A stretch of DNA of 64,000 bases from Sedimentisphaerales bacterium (GTDB lineage: Bacteria > Planctomycetota > Phycisphaerae > Sedimentisphaerales > SM23-30), in the NCBI GenBank assembly GCA_963663805.2, contig CAXXMR010000014.1, positions 1 to 64,000 of the forward strand, in the 5' to 3' direction. Position 1 is the stretch's first letter. Every line of letters begins with the position of its first letter. Both the position numbers and the translations under genes were made by a program. Positions 48,856-60,300 of the stretch are shown here, one piece after another. Below the pieces are notes generated by a model, which saw only the letters and a list, made by a program, of their open reading frames with translations, did not search any database and had not been told where the DNA came from.

Positions 48856-49977
48856 TTATAAAATAATGTCCAGCGCCTTATCGAGCGTCTGGCAGACAGT
48901 TTCAACTTCTGGTTCACTAAGATTGTTATAGAACGGCAGAGCAATAGTCCGCTCCGCCACGCTTTCAGTGATGGGGTAGTCTCCCATTTGGGTTTCCAGT
49001 TCTTCGGTGATAAAGGGCTGCAAGTGAATCGGGGTGAAATAATTATTGCAGCCGATTCCTTCATTACGCAGATATTCCAGTACCTTGTCACGCTTGCCTG
49101 CTGGTGTCCCTTCCGCCAACTGCACCACAAAAACAAACCAGCTCATCCGGCAACCCACCGGCTCATAAGGCACCACCAGCCGCGAATCATTCCCCAGACG
49201 CTGCTGATAATAGCCCGCCACGCGAGCGCGTTTTTCCACAAACTCCTCTATACGCTTCAACTGCACAATCCCCAAAGCACAATTAATGTCCGACAACCGG
49301 TAATTATACCCCAGCCGGGCATGGGCCAGCCAACCGGCGCCTTCATCACGGCCCTGGTTACGCAGAGACTTACACATTGCCGCGGCTTCATCGTCATCGG
49401 TCAGGATAATCCCACCTTCGCCGGTGGTCATTTGCTTATTGGGATAAAACGCGAACGCCGAAATATCACCTAAAGTACCCACCTTTCGGCCATTGACTAT
49501 GCTGCCCAGAGCTTCGCAGGAATCCTCGATGCACAGCAGGCCTCGTTCCTGACAAAAATCGTAAATCTTGTCCAGCCCCGCGGGATTACCAAAAACTTCG
49601 ACTGGCATTACCGCCTTGGTAGAAGGGGTGACAAGTTCCTTAATCTTTTCCAAGTCAATATTTAAGGATAACTGGTCAATATCGGCGAATACCGGTTTGG
49701 CTCCAACCATCAATATGACATTGGTTGTGGTAATAAAGCTGAACGGAGTGGTGATAACCTCGTCTCCGGGCCCAATTCCCAGGGCGAGCAAAGCCACATA
49801 AAGCGCGCTGGTGCCGCTATTTACGGCGATTCCGTGTTTGCAACCGATATAATCAGCGAAATTCCGTTCAAATTCCGGTAATTTGGGCCCCAGACTCAGA
49901 GTTGTGGTGCTAAGTACGCCCACTACCGCGTCGATTTCAGCCTGAGTTATGTCCGGGCTCGAAAGATTAATCTTCAT
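48856..49977 (-). CDS. DegT/DnrJ/EryC1/StrS family aminotransferase
   Basis: NSGTSAL, GPGDEVIT, EDSCEALG, FYPNKQMTTGEGG, GYNYR. Confidence 0.93.
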   Translation of the reverse strand: MKINLSSPDITQAEIDAVVGVLSTTTLSLGPKLPEFERNFADYIGCKHGIAVNSGTSALYVALLALGIGPGDEVITTPFSFITTTNVILMVGAKPVFADIDQLSLNIDLEKIKELVTPSTKAVMPVEVFGNPAGLDKIYDFCQERGLLCIEDSCEALGSIVNGRKVGTLGDISAFAFYPNKQMTTGEGGIILTDDDEAAAMCKSLRNQGRDEGAGWLAHARLGYNYRLSDINCALGIVQLKRIEEFVEKRARVAGYYQQRLGNDSRLVVPYEPVGCRMSWFVFVVQLAEGTPAGKRDKVLEYLRNEGIGCNNYFTPIHLQPFITEELETQMGDYPITESVAERTIALPFYNNLSEPEVETVCQTLDKALDIIL

Positions 49978-50106
49978 GTTCCTGCCTTTTCACAAGCGGT
50001 TATCACATCCACAAATCGTGAAATTCTCGCTGAAAATCGCTTGTCAGTCAAGATTATTAAAACCACTTAAATAATTAAGGATTTGTCGCCCGCTTTGGCA
50101 GGCCCA

Positions 50107-52815
50107 CTATTTGCATTCAAGCCAATTGTCACCCCAGCCCACATCGACCTTCATCGCCACGTCCAGTTTCAGAGCGTTGGCCATTTCCGCCCGCACAATC
50201 TCGCCGTAGTCCTGGGCCTTTTCTCTGGGCAGTTCAAATACCAGTTCATCGTGTACCTGCATCAACATTTTCATTGCCAGATGCTCAGTCTCAATCCGCT
50301 TTTGCAAACGCACCATCGCGACCTTAATCATATCCGCCGCCGAACCTTGAATGACCGTATTAACCGCCATACGTTCTCCCATTTTTCGCTGATTGAAATT
50401 CCGCGAATTCAAATCCGCTATCGTTCGCCGCCGGCCTAGAATCGTCCGCACAAAGCTATCTTTTTTCGCCTGTTCGATTATCCCGTCCATAAAACCTTTA
50501 ATCTGCGGATAGCGTGCGAAATAATCATCGATAAATTTCTGGGCCTCATCCCGCGGCATACCCGTACCGCGACTCAGTCCAAAAGAGGTCTGGCCGTAAA
50601 TAATCCCAAAATTCACCGCCTTGGCCCGACCGCGCATCTCCGTGGTTACTTCATCGGGTGCAACCCCATAAATCTGGCTTGCCACAAAACGATGAATATC
50701 CTCGCCGCTTTCAAATGCTTTTAATAACGCCTCGTCCTTACTGAAATGGGCCAGCATCCGCAACTCAATCTGAGAATAATCCGCCGCTAACAGCACCGCG
50801 TCTTTATCGCCCGGCACAAACGCCCGCCTGATTTCCTGGCCCAGCTCTGTCCGAATAGGGATATTTTGCAGATTCGGGTCAGAGCTGCTCAGTCGGCCCG
50901 TTGCCGCTACCGTCTGATTAAACGAAGCGTGCAGCCTGCCCGTCCCCGAATTTATCATTATCGGCAGCTTATCAATATACGTACTTTTCAATTTACTCAA
51001 CTGCCGATATTCCAGCATCAGCCGCGGCACATCGTGTTTCCATTGCAACGCCTCCAGCACTTCCACATCCGTCGACGGACCTGATTTGGTTTTCTTGACC
51101 ACCTCCAGCCCCAATCGCTCAAACAGCACCTCGCCCAACTGCTTAGGCGACTCCACATTAAAAGTAACTCCCGCCGCGGCACATATTTCATCGACAAGCT
51201 CTTCCATCCGCTTACCAAGTTGCGTCGCCAGTTTTCTCAAACCGGTCACATCCAGTGCTACCCCGTTGTATTCCACTTTCGCCAAAACCCCCACCAGCGG
51301 CATTTCCACCTCGTCAAACAGCTTTTTAAGTTCCGCGTCCTTAAACTGCCCCGCCAGATATTCCCAAAGTCGCCAGGTAATATCCGCATCCTCCGCGGCG
51401 TAATCCGACGCAACCACAGTATCGACCATATCAAAGGTAATCTGCTTTTTACCCTTGCCGATAAGACTGTCAATCTTGATTGTCTCGTGGCCCAGATAAT
51501 CCGCGGCCATATCATCCATGTTGTGCCGGTTGCGTTCACTGTGCAGCAGATACGAAGCCACCATCGTATCGAAATCCACGCCCGCCAGTTCGATTCCCGC
51601 CCCGCGCAGGATAATAATATCATATTTTATATTCTGGCCGATCTTGGCAATATTTTCGTCTTCCAGAATCGGTCGTAATTCTTCGCGCACTGCTGACCAG
51701 TCCAGTACCGGCGAAGTCATCGGCCCCTTGACCGGCAGATAGTAACCCTGCTCTGCCTGCCACGAAAAACTCAAGCCCACCAGCTCCGCCGCCCGCGCGT
51801 TTACAGATGTCGTCTCGGTATCTATCGCGAACCGCTTTTGCTTCTTCAGCTCAGCCAGAAAATCCTTAAAACCTCCCTCGTCCTCGACCAGAATATATTC
51901 CTTCTCTATTTTATTTCTGAGTGTCGCCAAATTTTTGACATCGGTTTCAGTTTCTCCGCTTATATCGTCCAGTTGGTCCAGCAGCCGCCGAAAGTTCAAC
52001 TCCTCAAATAACTGTTCCAGTTTTTGCCGGTCGCCGCTGACCTGTTTCATATCCTCCCATTCGTATACCAGCGGCACATCCAGGTTTATCGTCGCCAGTT
52101 TGCGTGAAAGCTCTGCCTGCTCAACATTAGCCCGCAGATTATCCCCACGTTTACCTTTAATCTCATCAGCGTGAGCGAGCAGCCCATCCAGACTGCCATA
52201 TTTAGCAATCCACTGAGCCGCGGTTTTGGGCCCGACGTCCGGCACACCCGGAATATTATCCGAAGTGTCGCCCGCCAAGGCCAACACATCGACAACCTGT
52301 TGGGGTTCAATGCCTTTCTTTTCCTTCAATGCCGCCACGTCGGTTTCTTCGTCCTTACGCGGATCGTACATCTTCACCCCTTCGCCCAGCAACTGTTCCA
52401 GGTCTTTATCCTTTGAACAGATAAAAGTCTCGAACCCCTCAGCCAGGGCCCGACTGCTCAGCGTGCCGATAATATCATCGGCCTCATAACCCGGCAGACG
52501 CAAAACCGGGATTCGCATCGCCTCCAGTATTTCCACAATCCGCTCGACCTGCACCGGCAAATCTTCGGGCACTTCCGGCCGATTGGCTTTGTATTCCGGG
52601 TAAATCTCATGCCGAAAAGTCTGCCCGCCCGAATCCATCGCCACTACCAGATAGTCGGGCCGCCGCTCCTTAATGAGCTTTATCAGCATGGTCGTAAAAA
52701 TCAGTGTCGCTTTGGTCGGCTCGCCCGTACTGCTGGACATATTCCCACCCGTGGGAGCGAAATAGGCCGAGAAAATCTGAGCGTGACCATCGATTATGTA
52801 AAGGCTTTTAGCCAT
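50107..52815 (-). CDS. polA: DNA polymerase I
   Basis: 5'-3' exonuclease (YKANR, EADD, GDTSDNIPGV), 3'-5' exonuclease DTETT, polymerase motifs DYSQIELR, KAVNFGIIYG, QVHDEL. Confidence 0.98.
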   Translation of the reverse strand: MAKSLYIIDGHAQIFSAYFAPTGGNMSSSTGEPTKATLIFTTMLIKLIKERRPDYLVVAMDSGGQTFRHEIYPEYKANRPEVPEDLPVQVERIVEILEAMRIPVLRLPGYEADDIIGTLSSRALAEGFETFICSKDKDLEQLLGEGVKMYDPRKDEETDVAALKEKKGIEPQQVVDVLALAGDTSDNIPGVPDVGPKTAAQWIAKYGSLDGLLAHADEIKGKRGDNLRANVEQAELSRKLATINLDVPLVYEWEDMKQVSGDRQKLEQLFEELNFRRLLDQLDDISGETETDVKNLATLRNKIEKEYILVEDEGGFKDFLAELKKQKRFAIDTETTSVNARAAELVGLSFSWQAEQGYYLPVKGPMTSPVLDWSAVREELRPILEDENIAKIGQNIKYDIIILRGAGIELAGVDFDTMVASYLLHSERNRHNMDDMAADYLGHETIKIDSLIGKGKKQITFDMVDTVVASDYAAEDADITWRLWEYLAGQFKDAELKKLFDEVEMPLVGVLAKVEYNGVALDVTGLRKLATQLGKRMEELVDEICAAAGVTFNVESPKQLGEVLFERLGLEVVKKTKSGPSTDVEVLEALQWKHDVPRLMLEYRQLSKLKSTYIDKLPIMINSGTGRLHASFNQTVAATGRLSSSDPNLQNIPIRTELGQEIRRAFVPGDKDAVLLAADYSQIELRMLAHFSKDEALLKAFESGEDIHRFVASQIYGVAPDEVTTEMRGRAKAVNFGIIYGQTSFGLSRGTGMPRDEAQKFIDDYFARYPQIKGFMDGIIEQAKKDSFVRTILGRRRTIADLNSRNFNQRKMGERMAVNTVIQGSAADMIKVAMVRLQKRIETEHLAMKMLMQVHDELVFELPREKAQDYGEIVRAEMANALKLDVAMKVDVGWGDNWLECK

Positions 52816-52916
52816 TGTATCCATCTCCAAAAAAAACTGGGCCAAAACCCAAAGAAATGACCATGCCCCCCATCATACCCCCATAAAAACTAACCGTCAA
52901 CCATCCGCAGAATCGC

Positions 52917-53960
52917 TTAACTCTGCACTTTTTTGTTTTCGCCCAATCGCCCTGCCATCACCTCTGCCACCGGGCGGGTATAATCAAACTTGCTCATCAT
53001 TATCCGCACAATCCCCGTAATCGGCGTCGCCAGGAACATTCCCGCTACGTTCCATATCACCCCGAAAAATATCAACGACAGCAACACGGTAATCGGGTGC
53101 AGATTGAGCGACTTGCCCATTATCCGCGGCTGAACGATATTGCCGATACCAAACTGTATGACCGCGGGAATTAACATCGCCAGTATCTTCGCCCCCACCG
53201 ACATCTCCGGACTCAAAAACACCACCGGCAGCGGCAGCAGGGTCGCGATTATCGAACCGATACTCGGTATGAAATTCAGCAGAAACGTCAGAAACCCAAA
53301 CACATACGCAAACTGCACACCCAGCAGCCAGAGCGTAACACCCACTAACAGCCCCGTCAGACTGGACGTGAACAGCAGCGTGCGAATATAAAGCGTCATT
53401 TGTGATTCAATGTCAGCCAGCACACCTTTATTCGGATCGCCCTGCCCGCTCTTGCCCGCCAGTATGAATATCAGGAACACCAGCACCAACACGCCGTTCG
53501 AGAGAATATTCATCGTTTCGCTAATAACGCTTTTCGATACCGATTTAATCATATTAGCCGAAAACTCATCGACCGTCCCGAATATCTGCTCCGGATTGAG
53601 TTTTAATTTGTCCAGCGGCAGATAGTTCCAGATATTGTGCGACAGTTCCCGAATCTGCACCAGGTACGCGTCCCGGTTGACCCCTATTTGCTCCGCCGCC
53701 GTCAATATCAGCAAACCTACCATAAACAAAAACGCGCAGCCAATAATAAACGTACTAAAAATCGCCAACGCCCGCGGCAGACGCAGCTTTTGTACCTGAA
53801 CCTCGATGACCGGCGAAAGACAATAATAAATAAACACCGCCAGCACAAAAGGTATCAACGCCGCACTAAGAAAATACATCGACAGCGACAACGCGAACCC
53901 GCTCAAAATCAGCAGACAAAAAGTCTGAACCCGCTGACCACGAATCAGCTTATCATCCAT
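52917..53960 (-). CDS. AI-2E family transporter
   Basis: Multi-TM; LNFIPSIG, PRIMG.SLNLHP, GMFLATP. Confidence 0.9.
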   Translation of the reverse strand: MDDKLIRGQRVQTFCLLILSGFALSLSMYFLSAALIPFVLAVFIYYCLSPVIEVQVQKLRLPRALAIFSTFIIGCAFLFMVGLLILTAAEQIGVNRDAYLVQIRELSHNIWNYLPLDKLKLNPEQIFGTVDEFSANMIKSVSKSVISETMNILSNGVLVLVFLIFILAGKSGQGDPNKGVLADIESQMTLYIRTLLFTSSLTGLLVGVTLWLLGVQFAYVFGFLTFLLNFIPSIGSIIATLLPLPVVFLSPEMSVGAKILAMLIPAVIQFGIGNIVQPRIMGKSLNLHPITVLLSLIFFGVIWNVAGMFLATPITGIVRIMMSKFDYTRPVAEVMAGRLGENKKVQS

Positions 53961-54011
53961 AGTTTATCCTACCATTTGAAAATAATTTTGCGGGCTCAAC
54001 TGGCTATTAGT

Positions 54012-54485
54012 TTACTTTTCAGTTGTACCCTTTGAAGTATCTTGAAGGCACCGTTCTTTTTTACATCTAAATTTATCCTCTGCCCAAACGCCAGTTCGTT
54101 TCAGAATCAGCGGCAGAAAAACCGCAAGGGCGCAACTCAGTGTCACCAATGCCGTTGTCATATTTTCATCACCGGTAAATTTTTTCCAAACCAGCCACCA
54201 GCAAAGACAAATGACCGGACTGATTAGGAGAGAAATACCAATCACTGCCCAGGCCCCACCGTAAATCTTTTTGAATTCCCGTTCCCATTCCAGTTGTCGT
54301 GCCGTCTCCCGGCTCATATCATACATACCCAGAACAACCGCCATGACCATCCCCATAGGCCAGATAAAAGCCAGATACCGCCAGACATACTCACCCAGAG
54401 CATAGCCCGACACTCCGCCGACAATCAGCCACACCCCGCCCATCACATGCCACGCCATCATTTTCTTGCGAACATTAATATCCAT
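54012..54485 (-). CDS. Hypothetical four-TM membrane protein
   Basis: Four hydrophobic segments; co-oriented within the operon; start approximate. Confidence 0.6.
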   Translation of the reverse strand: MDINVRKKMMAWHVMGGVWLIVGGVSGYALGEYVWRYLAFIWPMGMVMAVVLGMYDMSRETARQLEWEREFKKIYGGAWAVIGISLLISPVICLCWWLVWKKFTGDENMTTALVTLSCALAVFLPLILKRTGVWAEDKFRCKKERCLQDTSKGTTEK

Positions 54486-54524
54486 AACACTGCCCTCATA
54501 AAAATCAGCAGCCAAACCCGCGAA

Positions 54525-55346
54525 TCACCAACCAACCACAACAGCATGGAGATACTTCAGCAGAATCGTATGGGCGGGTGCAACCATCTCACCGTGATTA
54601 TGCCCGCCGATTTCGTAAATCTCCGTTTGCTTATGCCCCGCCACCCGCATCATTCGCATCATATAGGCATTCTCTTCATAGCGGCCCAGCATCTCCTGTT
54701 CTCTGTCGCCCGTAATAAGAATCAAAGGCGGCGCGTCGGCACGCACATGATAAAGCGGTGCGAACTTATCGACAATCGGCTGTTTACCCGAAATACCGCG
54801 TTCTTCGCGGACCGTAAAATGTGTGATCGTATGCCCGCTGTAAGGTATCAGTGCCGCGATTTTATTTGCGTCGATATCGTGCTTGGCCAGGTAAGATTTG
54901 TCCAGCCCAACCATACTGGTCAGATAGCCGCCGGCTGAATGACCTGAAATAACAATTGAATCGGGAGAACCGCCGTACTTTTCGATATTTTTGAACACCC
55001 ACGCCACACCCGCCGCCGCGTCTTCGATATAAACCGGACAGCTCACCTTTGGAAAAAACCGATACTCCACCGCCACCACCGCGATACCTTTATCTTTGAA
55101 AGCGCCGGGAATATCCTTATTACCAGCTCGCAATCCGCCGCCGTGGAACCAGACCACCGTCGTAAATTCTTTCGTATCAACCGGATAGTAAATGTCCAAC
55201 CGACACTGACTCTCAGCGTATTCATCAAAGCCCGGCGTGTCTTTGTCAAGATAGAGAATATCCGTCTCAGTCTTATATTCCGTCGCGCTCGCAGCCACAG
55301 CCATAACCAGACACAAAACCAACATCATCGCAATCTTCTTCTTCAC
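54525..55346 (-). CDS. Exported alpha/beta hydrolase (esterase/lipase)
   Basis: Signal peptide; HGGG oxyanion motif, GHSAG nucleophile elbow. Confidence 0.9.
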   Translation of the reverse strand: MKKKIAMMLVLCLVMAVAASATEYKTETDILYLDKDTPGFDEYAESQCRLDIYYPVDTKEFTTVVWFHGGGLRAGNKDIPGAFKDKGIAVVAVEYRFFPKVSCPVYIEDAAAGVAWVFKNIEKYGGSPDSIVISGHSAGGYLTSMVGLDKSYLAKHDIDANKIAALIPYSGHTITHFTVREERGISGKQPIVDKFAPLYHVRADAPPLILITGDREQEMLGRYEENAYMMRMMRVAGHKQTEIYEIGGHNHGEMVAPAHTILLKYLHAVVVGW

Positions 55347-55372
55347 AGCATATCTCCTTATCCAAAAAGTAA

Positions 55373-56404
55373 TTAGCTCAATATTCCCTCAACCTTTTGA
55401 CGCTGCTCAGGGGTAGCGATAAACAGGACCGCCATCCCCTTTTCAAACTTAATGTCCGCTCCTGGATTATGTTTGAAATCACTCTTGTGACTAATCTCCG
55501 AAGCATAACTGATTATTAACACGCCGCATTTATCATAAAACTCGCCAAAGGATTTGCCCACAAACTCAGAATTTCCCCCCACAATAACCTGCTCCACCCT
55601 AAGACCGGTATCGGTCTTACTGTGCAGCATACCATCCAGAAACGAAACTACTTGTGGCCTAAGAAGTTCCGAAGCAATTCGCATTCCGCCGATACGGTCG
55701 GGACAAACCAGATGGGCGGCGCCGGCTTTTAGAAGTTTCTTCCGGGCGCTTAATGACTTAAATGATGATGCCAACTGCAACTTAGGATTCAAATCCCGCG
55801 CGGCCAAAATCAGATAAAGGTTTTCCTTATCGTTATCCAGACAAGCTACCAGTCCTTTGGCACGCCCAATACCGGCTTCCTCCAGTATTGTATCGTCTGT
55901 GGCGTCCCCCTCAACGTAAGCCAGCTCAGGAATAGTCTTCTGAAGGGCTTCCAAAGCGGCCCGGTCGCTGTCGATTATCACAAATCCCCGCCGGGTCGCG
56001 TGCAGCTCCTCAGCGACGAACACTCCTAAGTCCTTAATACCACATATGATATAATGACTATCCATTTTGCTTATCCTCTTTCGGAGCTTGAGATACTCGA
56101 AATATTTCCTGAGTCGGCCCTCGACCAGGAAGGCGGTGAAATTTGAAATCGTGTAGGCAACCACAACCATGTAGGCAATGATGGTAAAGATTGTAAATAC
56201 TGTAAGGACAGTACTTTCCTTAACATTCAGCAGGTCTTCGTAACCTATGGTGGAGATGGTAATAGTAACCATATATAGGCAGCGGAGCAGGGTTACGTCG
56301 CGGCCTTCCCAGTGGGCGAGAATGTAATACGCAACGGCGGAAAGGAGCATCAGGCCTACGAGAACCTTGATGGGACGCATTATTTTGGAGATTTCATTAT
56401 TCAT
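55373..56404 (-). CDS. Two-TM potassium channel family protein with RCK (TrkA-N/C) domains
   Basis: TISTIGY pore motif, HYIICG, GDAT...L..AGI..A. Confidence 0.88.
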   Translation of the reverse strand: MNNEISKIMRPIKVLVGLMLLSAVAYYILAHWEGRDVTLLRCLYMVTITISTIGYEDLLNVKESTVLTVFTIFTIIAYMVVVAYTISNFTAFLVEGRLRKYFEYLKLRKRISKMDSHYIICGIKDLGVFVAEELHATRRGFVIIDSDRAALEALQKTIPELAYVEGDATDDTILEEAGIGRAKGLVACLDNDKENLYLILAARDLNPKLQLASSFKSLSARKKLLKAGAAHLVCPDRIGGMRIASELLRPQVVSFLDGMLHSKTDTGLRVEQVIVGGNSEFVGKSFGEFYDKCGVLIISYASEISHKSDFKHNPGADIKFEKGMAVLFIATPEQRQKVEGILS

Positions 56405-57245
56405 GCAATAATTATGATTTTAGCACGTCATACAATAGCGGCTGACATTTGTTAATGTCATAAATCCTGATAACACAGGTATTAACCCAAGGGAGTATTT
56501 TGAGCAACCATTTTTTGCGTGTGGAGTGCGCGTAGAAATGGAATTTTTCTGAAAATCGATAAAATTATGCTGTCGGCAATTAAAAGTATGCTGTAAGTGC
56601 TTATTTTTGTGAGCGCGAGGGTGACTTCGTGGGCGCGATTGGGGCTTAAAACGGTTTTTTCGGGTGGGGGGTTCTCCTTAATACGCAATTTGCAGGGGGC
56701 GAAATCAGCGCGATTGGGGATTTGGGGGGGGTAAAAAGAGTGTTTTGGGGCAGTGGGCGGGGGATTTTGGGTGTGAATATGCCTGTTTGGGGCGTTATTG
56801 CGGTGGCAAAGTCGTGTTTGCGGTGGGGGTTTTCGGCGCGGTTTGGGCTGGGGTGACCGATTTTTGACGATTTTTTTTGGTTTTTTTGGATTTTGGATGA
56901 ATTTTTCTGGAAAAATTCCTGTTTTTGGTGGGCGGAGTGGACTGGCTGGACGAGGTGGGCAAAACTGGACGGGCTGGACAGGTTTTTGGACACCATCCCC
57001 TATGCCCCTCTGGGGTCTTTAACGGTAGTGACGCAACGGGTGTTTTGAGCTGGGGTTTGGGCGACGGTGCGGGGCGAACTTTGGTCGGAGTGGTTTAATT
57101 AACGGCACCGCTTACTTACGTGCGCGGCTCTGATGGACGGTGGTTGGGGAGTGGAGGATGGCTTGTGGGTGTATCCGGCTGCTGACGCGGGGCGGTTCCT
57201 GCTGGTGGTTCCCCCTGGGCTGATGCCTGGTTGGGATAAATAATT

Positions 57246-57301
57246 GTACCGGACACCGTTTCCTTCTCGGACACCGTTTCCTTCTCCAAAGTACCGGACA
57301 C
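57246..57301. repeat. Short GTACCGGACAC-based repeat directly after the smc stop
   Basis: GTACCGGACAC at 57246 and 57291; tandem 18-mer CGGACACCGTTTCCTTCT at 57250 and 57268. Confidence 0.85.
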
Positions 57302-57302
57302 A

Positions 57303-60300
57303 TTAGGCCACGGCTGTTCCATCGTCTGTGTCGTCATCGGTGGCGAATTTAACTGATACTTTCTTGCTGACGCCCTGTTCCTGCATAGTCACGCCGTAAA
57401 TCACATCCGCGATAGACATGGTTCTTCGGGCGTGGGTAATGACGACGAACTGGGAGGTGTTCAGGAACTCCTTGATAACGAGGTTGAAGCGTTCGTTATT
57501 GGCTTCGTCGAGCGCGGCGTCGACCTCATCGAGCAGGCAGAACGGGCTGGGCTTGCTCTTGAAGACCGCCAGCAGCAGAGCGACGGCAGTCATGGTTTTT
57601 TCTCCGCCGCTGAGCAGGGAAATGCTTTGGGGCTGTTTGCCGGGTGGTCGTGCGACGATTTCTATGCCGCATTCGAGGATGTTTTCCGGGTCCAGAAGGG
57701 TAATCTCGGCCTTGCCTCCGCCGAAGAGTTTGCGGAACAGTTCAGCGAAGTTGATACGAATAGCGTCGAAGGTTTCCTGGAAGCGGGTGACGCTTTCTTC
57801 ATTGATGCGATTGATAAGAGACTCAAGCTGTTCGCGGGAATCCATAAGGTCGGTGGCTTGTTGATTGAGATAATCGGCCCGTTTTTCGAGTTCTTCCTGT
57901 TCGGTAATGGCATCGAGATTGATATTACCCAGACGTTCGATCTTGCCGCGCAGGTCGTCGATTTCCGCCTTGACTGCCTGCCAGTCGATAGCCCCGCTGA
58001 GGAACTGCCGTTGAAGTATTTCGGCCTCGGATTCTTCTTCGGCGGGAGCATCGTTATCAGCGATTTGTTCTGCCGCGGGCTGTTCGGTTTCCGGAGTTTC
58101 GTTGGTGGGTTCACCTGGCCGTTCCGCGGCGAGCCGGGCCTGCTTTTGAAGCTCGATTTGCTTTTGATAATATTCGACCAGGTCGAGCGAAAGTTCCTCG
58201 CGCACCTTTTCGATAAGACTCTCGTTACGAAGTCTATATTCGTTCAGCTTCATCTGGGCCTGATGACAGTTTTCCTGGACCTGCTCATGTTTGAGGTGAC
58301 ATTCCTGGGCGAGCCGGCGTAATTCTTCCATCTCCTCACGCTGCCGGTCGCGTTCCTTACGCAGCCCGACGGTTTGGCCGTGATGTTCCTGCCGCCGCAT
58401 AAAAAGCTCTGCCAAGGCTGACTCAGCGGTAAGAATCGCCCGCTGCGAAGAAAGAATATTCGACTGAGCGTTATTAAGGTCGGTACGCAGCGACTGCATG
58501 GTATGGTCGAACTGCCGGATTTGCGTTTCGATGCTGGAGATTCGTTCCCTCAGGGCCAGTCGTTTCTGCTGGGTCTGGCCGACACTGACTTTCATATCTG
58601 TTATCTGGTCGAGAACCACCTGGTCCTCACTGGCGAGCAGGCGGATTTGTTCTTCGAGTAAATCGACACGTTCCTGCCGCTGCTGGTTGACGGTCTGGAG
58701 TTCGGAAAGATTCTGTTCGCTCTGCGACTGTTTATTGATGGCCTGCTCGATTTGTTCTTCAAGCGTGGCGATTTCAGATTCGATAAGGGGGCTTTCCTGT
58801 TTGAGCCTCTGGACGTTCTGGTCCACCCGGTCGAGTCGTCCGCGAGTTTCGACCTCCTCGGTACTGATTTCATAGATTGCGGTACGCAGTTCCTGAAGAT
58901 TCTTTTCCAGATGGTCTGCCTGAGTAGCGTATTGTTCGGTCTGGTTTTGCAGTTCGCCGATGCGGTCTTGGGCTTCCAGCAGACCGTGGTCCAGTTCGCG
59001 CAGTTCGCTCTTTCGAGAAATCAGTCCGGTATGTGCAGTTTGCGGGCCCAGGTGAATCGTGCCGTCGGCTTCGAGAAGCTCGCCCCTGAGCGTTACCCAA
59101 CGATAGCCCGCGGGGGCCTGTTCTGCCAACTTAACCGCCGAGGCGATATTGTCAACCAGTATGGTCTTGCCGAGCAGATGCCAGGCGAGTTTCTGATTTT
59201 CTTCGGAAAATTTAACCAGGTCAATCAAACGTGCCTGCACTTCCGGTCGATTGTCAAGGTCAAAACCGTTGGTGTAAGGGCCAACCCGGTCCAGACAGAT
59301 TATCTGCACCCGGCCGGGCAGTTCGTCAAGATTGTCGCTGTCTTCAATAACCAGACGACTGTCAGCGGCGACCAGATGCTGAGCCCGTTCGCCCAGGGCT
59401 GCCTCGATAATCGAAGCGTACTTGACCTCCGCCTGAAGCAGTTCAGCCACCATGCCGCGGACATAATAATAACGTTCGGGGTCAAGGGCACGGGCTTCCA
59501 GAATCTGCCGTACACCTTTATCGACACCTTCCAGCTTGGCCTCCATATCAGAAAGAACCTGTCGCCGGGAAATCAACCCGCTGCGATACTCCTTGGCCGC
59601 CGAAAGCTGTTCACTGCAAGCGAGTCTTTCTGCGCCGAGCTGGGCGAGCTGCTGGCGTTTGTTTTCGAGCTGTTCCTGCGATTCGCTGCGAAGTACGTTA
59701 ATCTGTTCGAGCTTTTCTTCGTACTGGGCCCGTTCGGTGAGCAGGCTGGTAAGTTCATCAGCGATTTGCGAGGAGCGGTCGCTGAGCCGGTCTTTTTGGC
59801 CGCTGAGACTGTCCCGGCGCACATCCAGCGATTGGATTTCATTATGCAGTTGAGCGGTACGGCGCACAATATCGATAAGCCCGCTCTTTTCATCGTCCAG
59901 CTGGGCCCGGGACTCGGCCAGCTGCAAAGCTTTGTCCTGACGAAGGGTTTGCAGATTTTCAAGCTCAGCCTGGAGCGTCTTTAGCTGTTCTTCGATTTCT
60001 TCCAACTGCTGACGGTCAGCGGCACTGTCCTGCTGGAGCTGGCGGTTCTGGATACGCAAATTATGCATCTGCTGGCGTGTGCGGGTAAGCTGCTGATTAA
60101 GTTCATCGCAGCGGCGTTGTCCCATCTCGATGCGGTCTTCCTGGGTGGAAATCTGAGCGGTGCATTGGAGCAGTTCCCTTTCGTGTTCCTGAATCTGCTG
60201 TTCGAGGTGGTCCAAATCATGTTCGATATTACTTAGCTGGGCCTGAGTACGTACATTTTCAGCGTTGACTCCGGCCAGTTCATCCTGAAAAGCCTCAAGT

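Noticed and set aside
56482..57337. Short ORFs in the K+ channel-smc spacer
   Set aside because: Low-complexity or repeat-derived translations without RBS or motif support.
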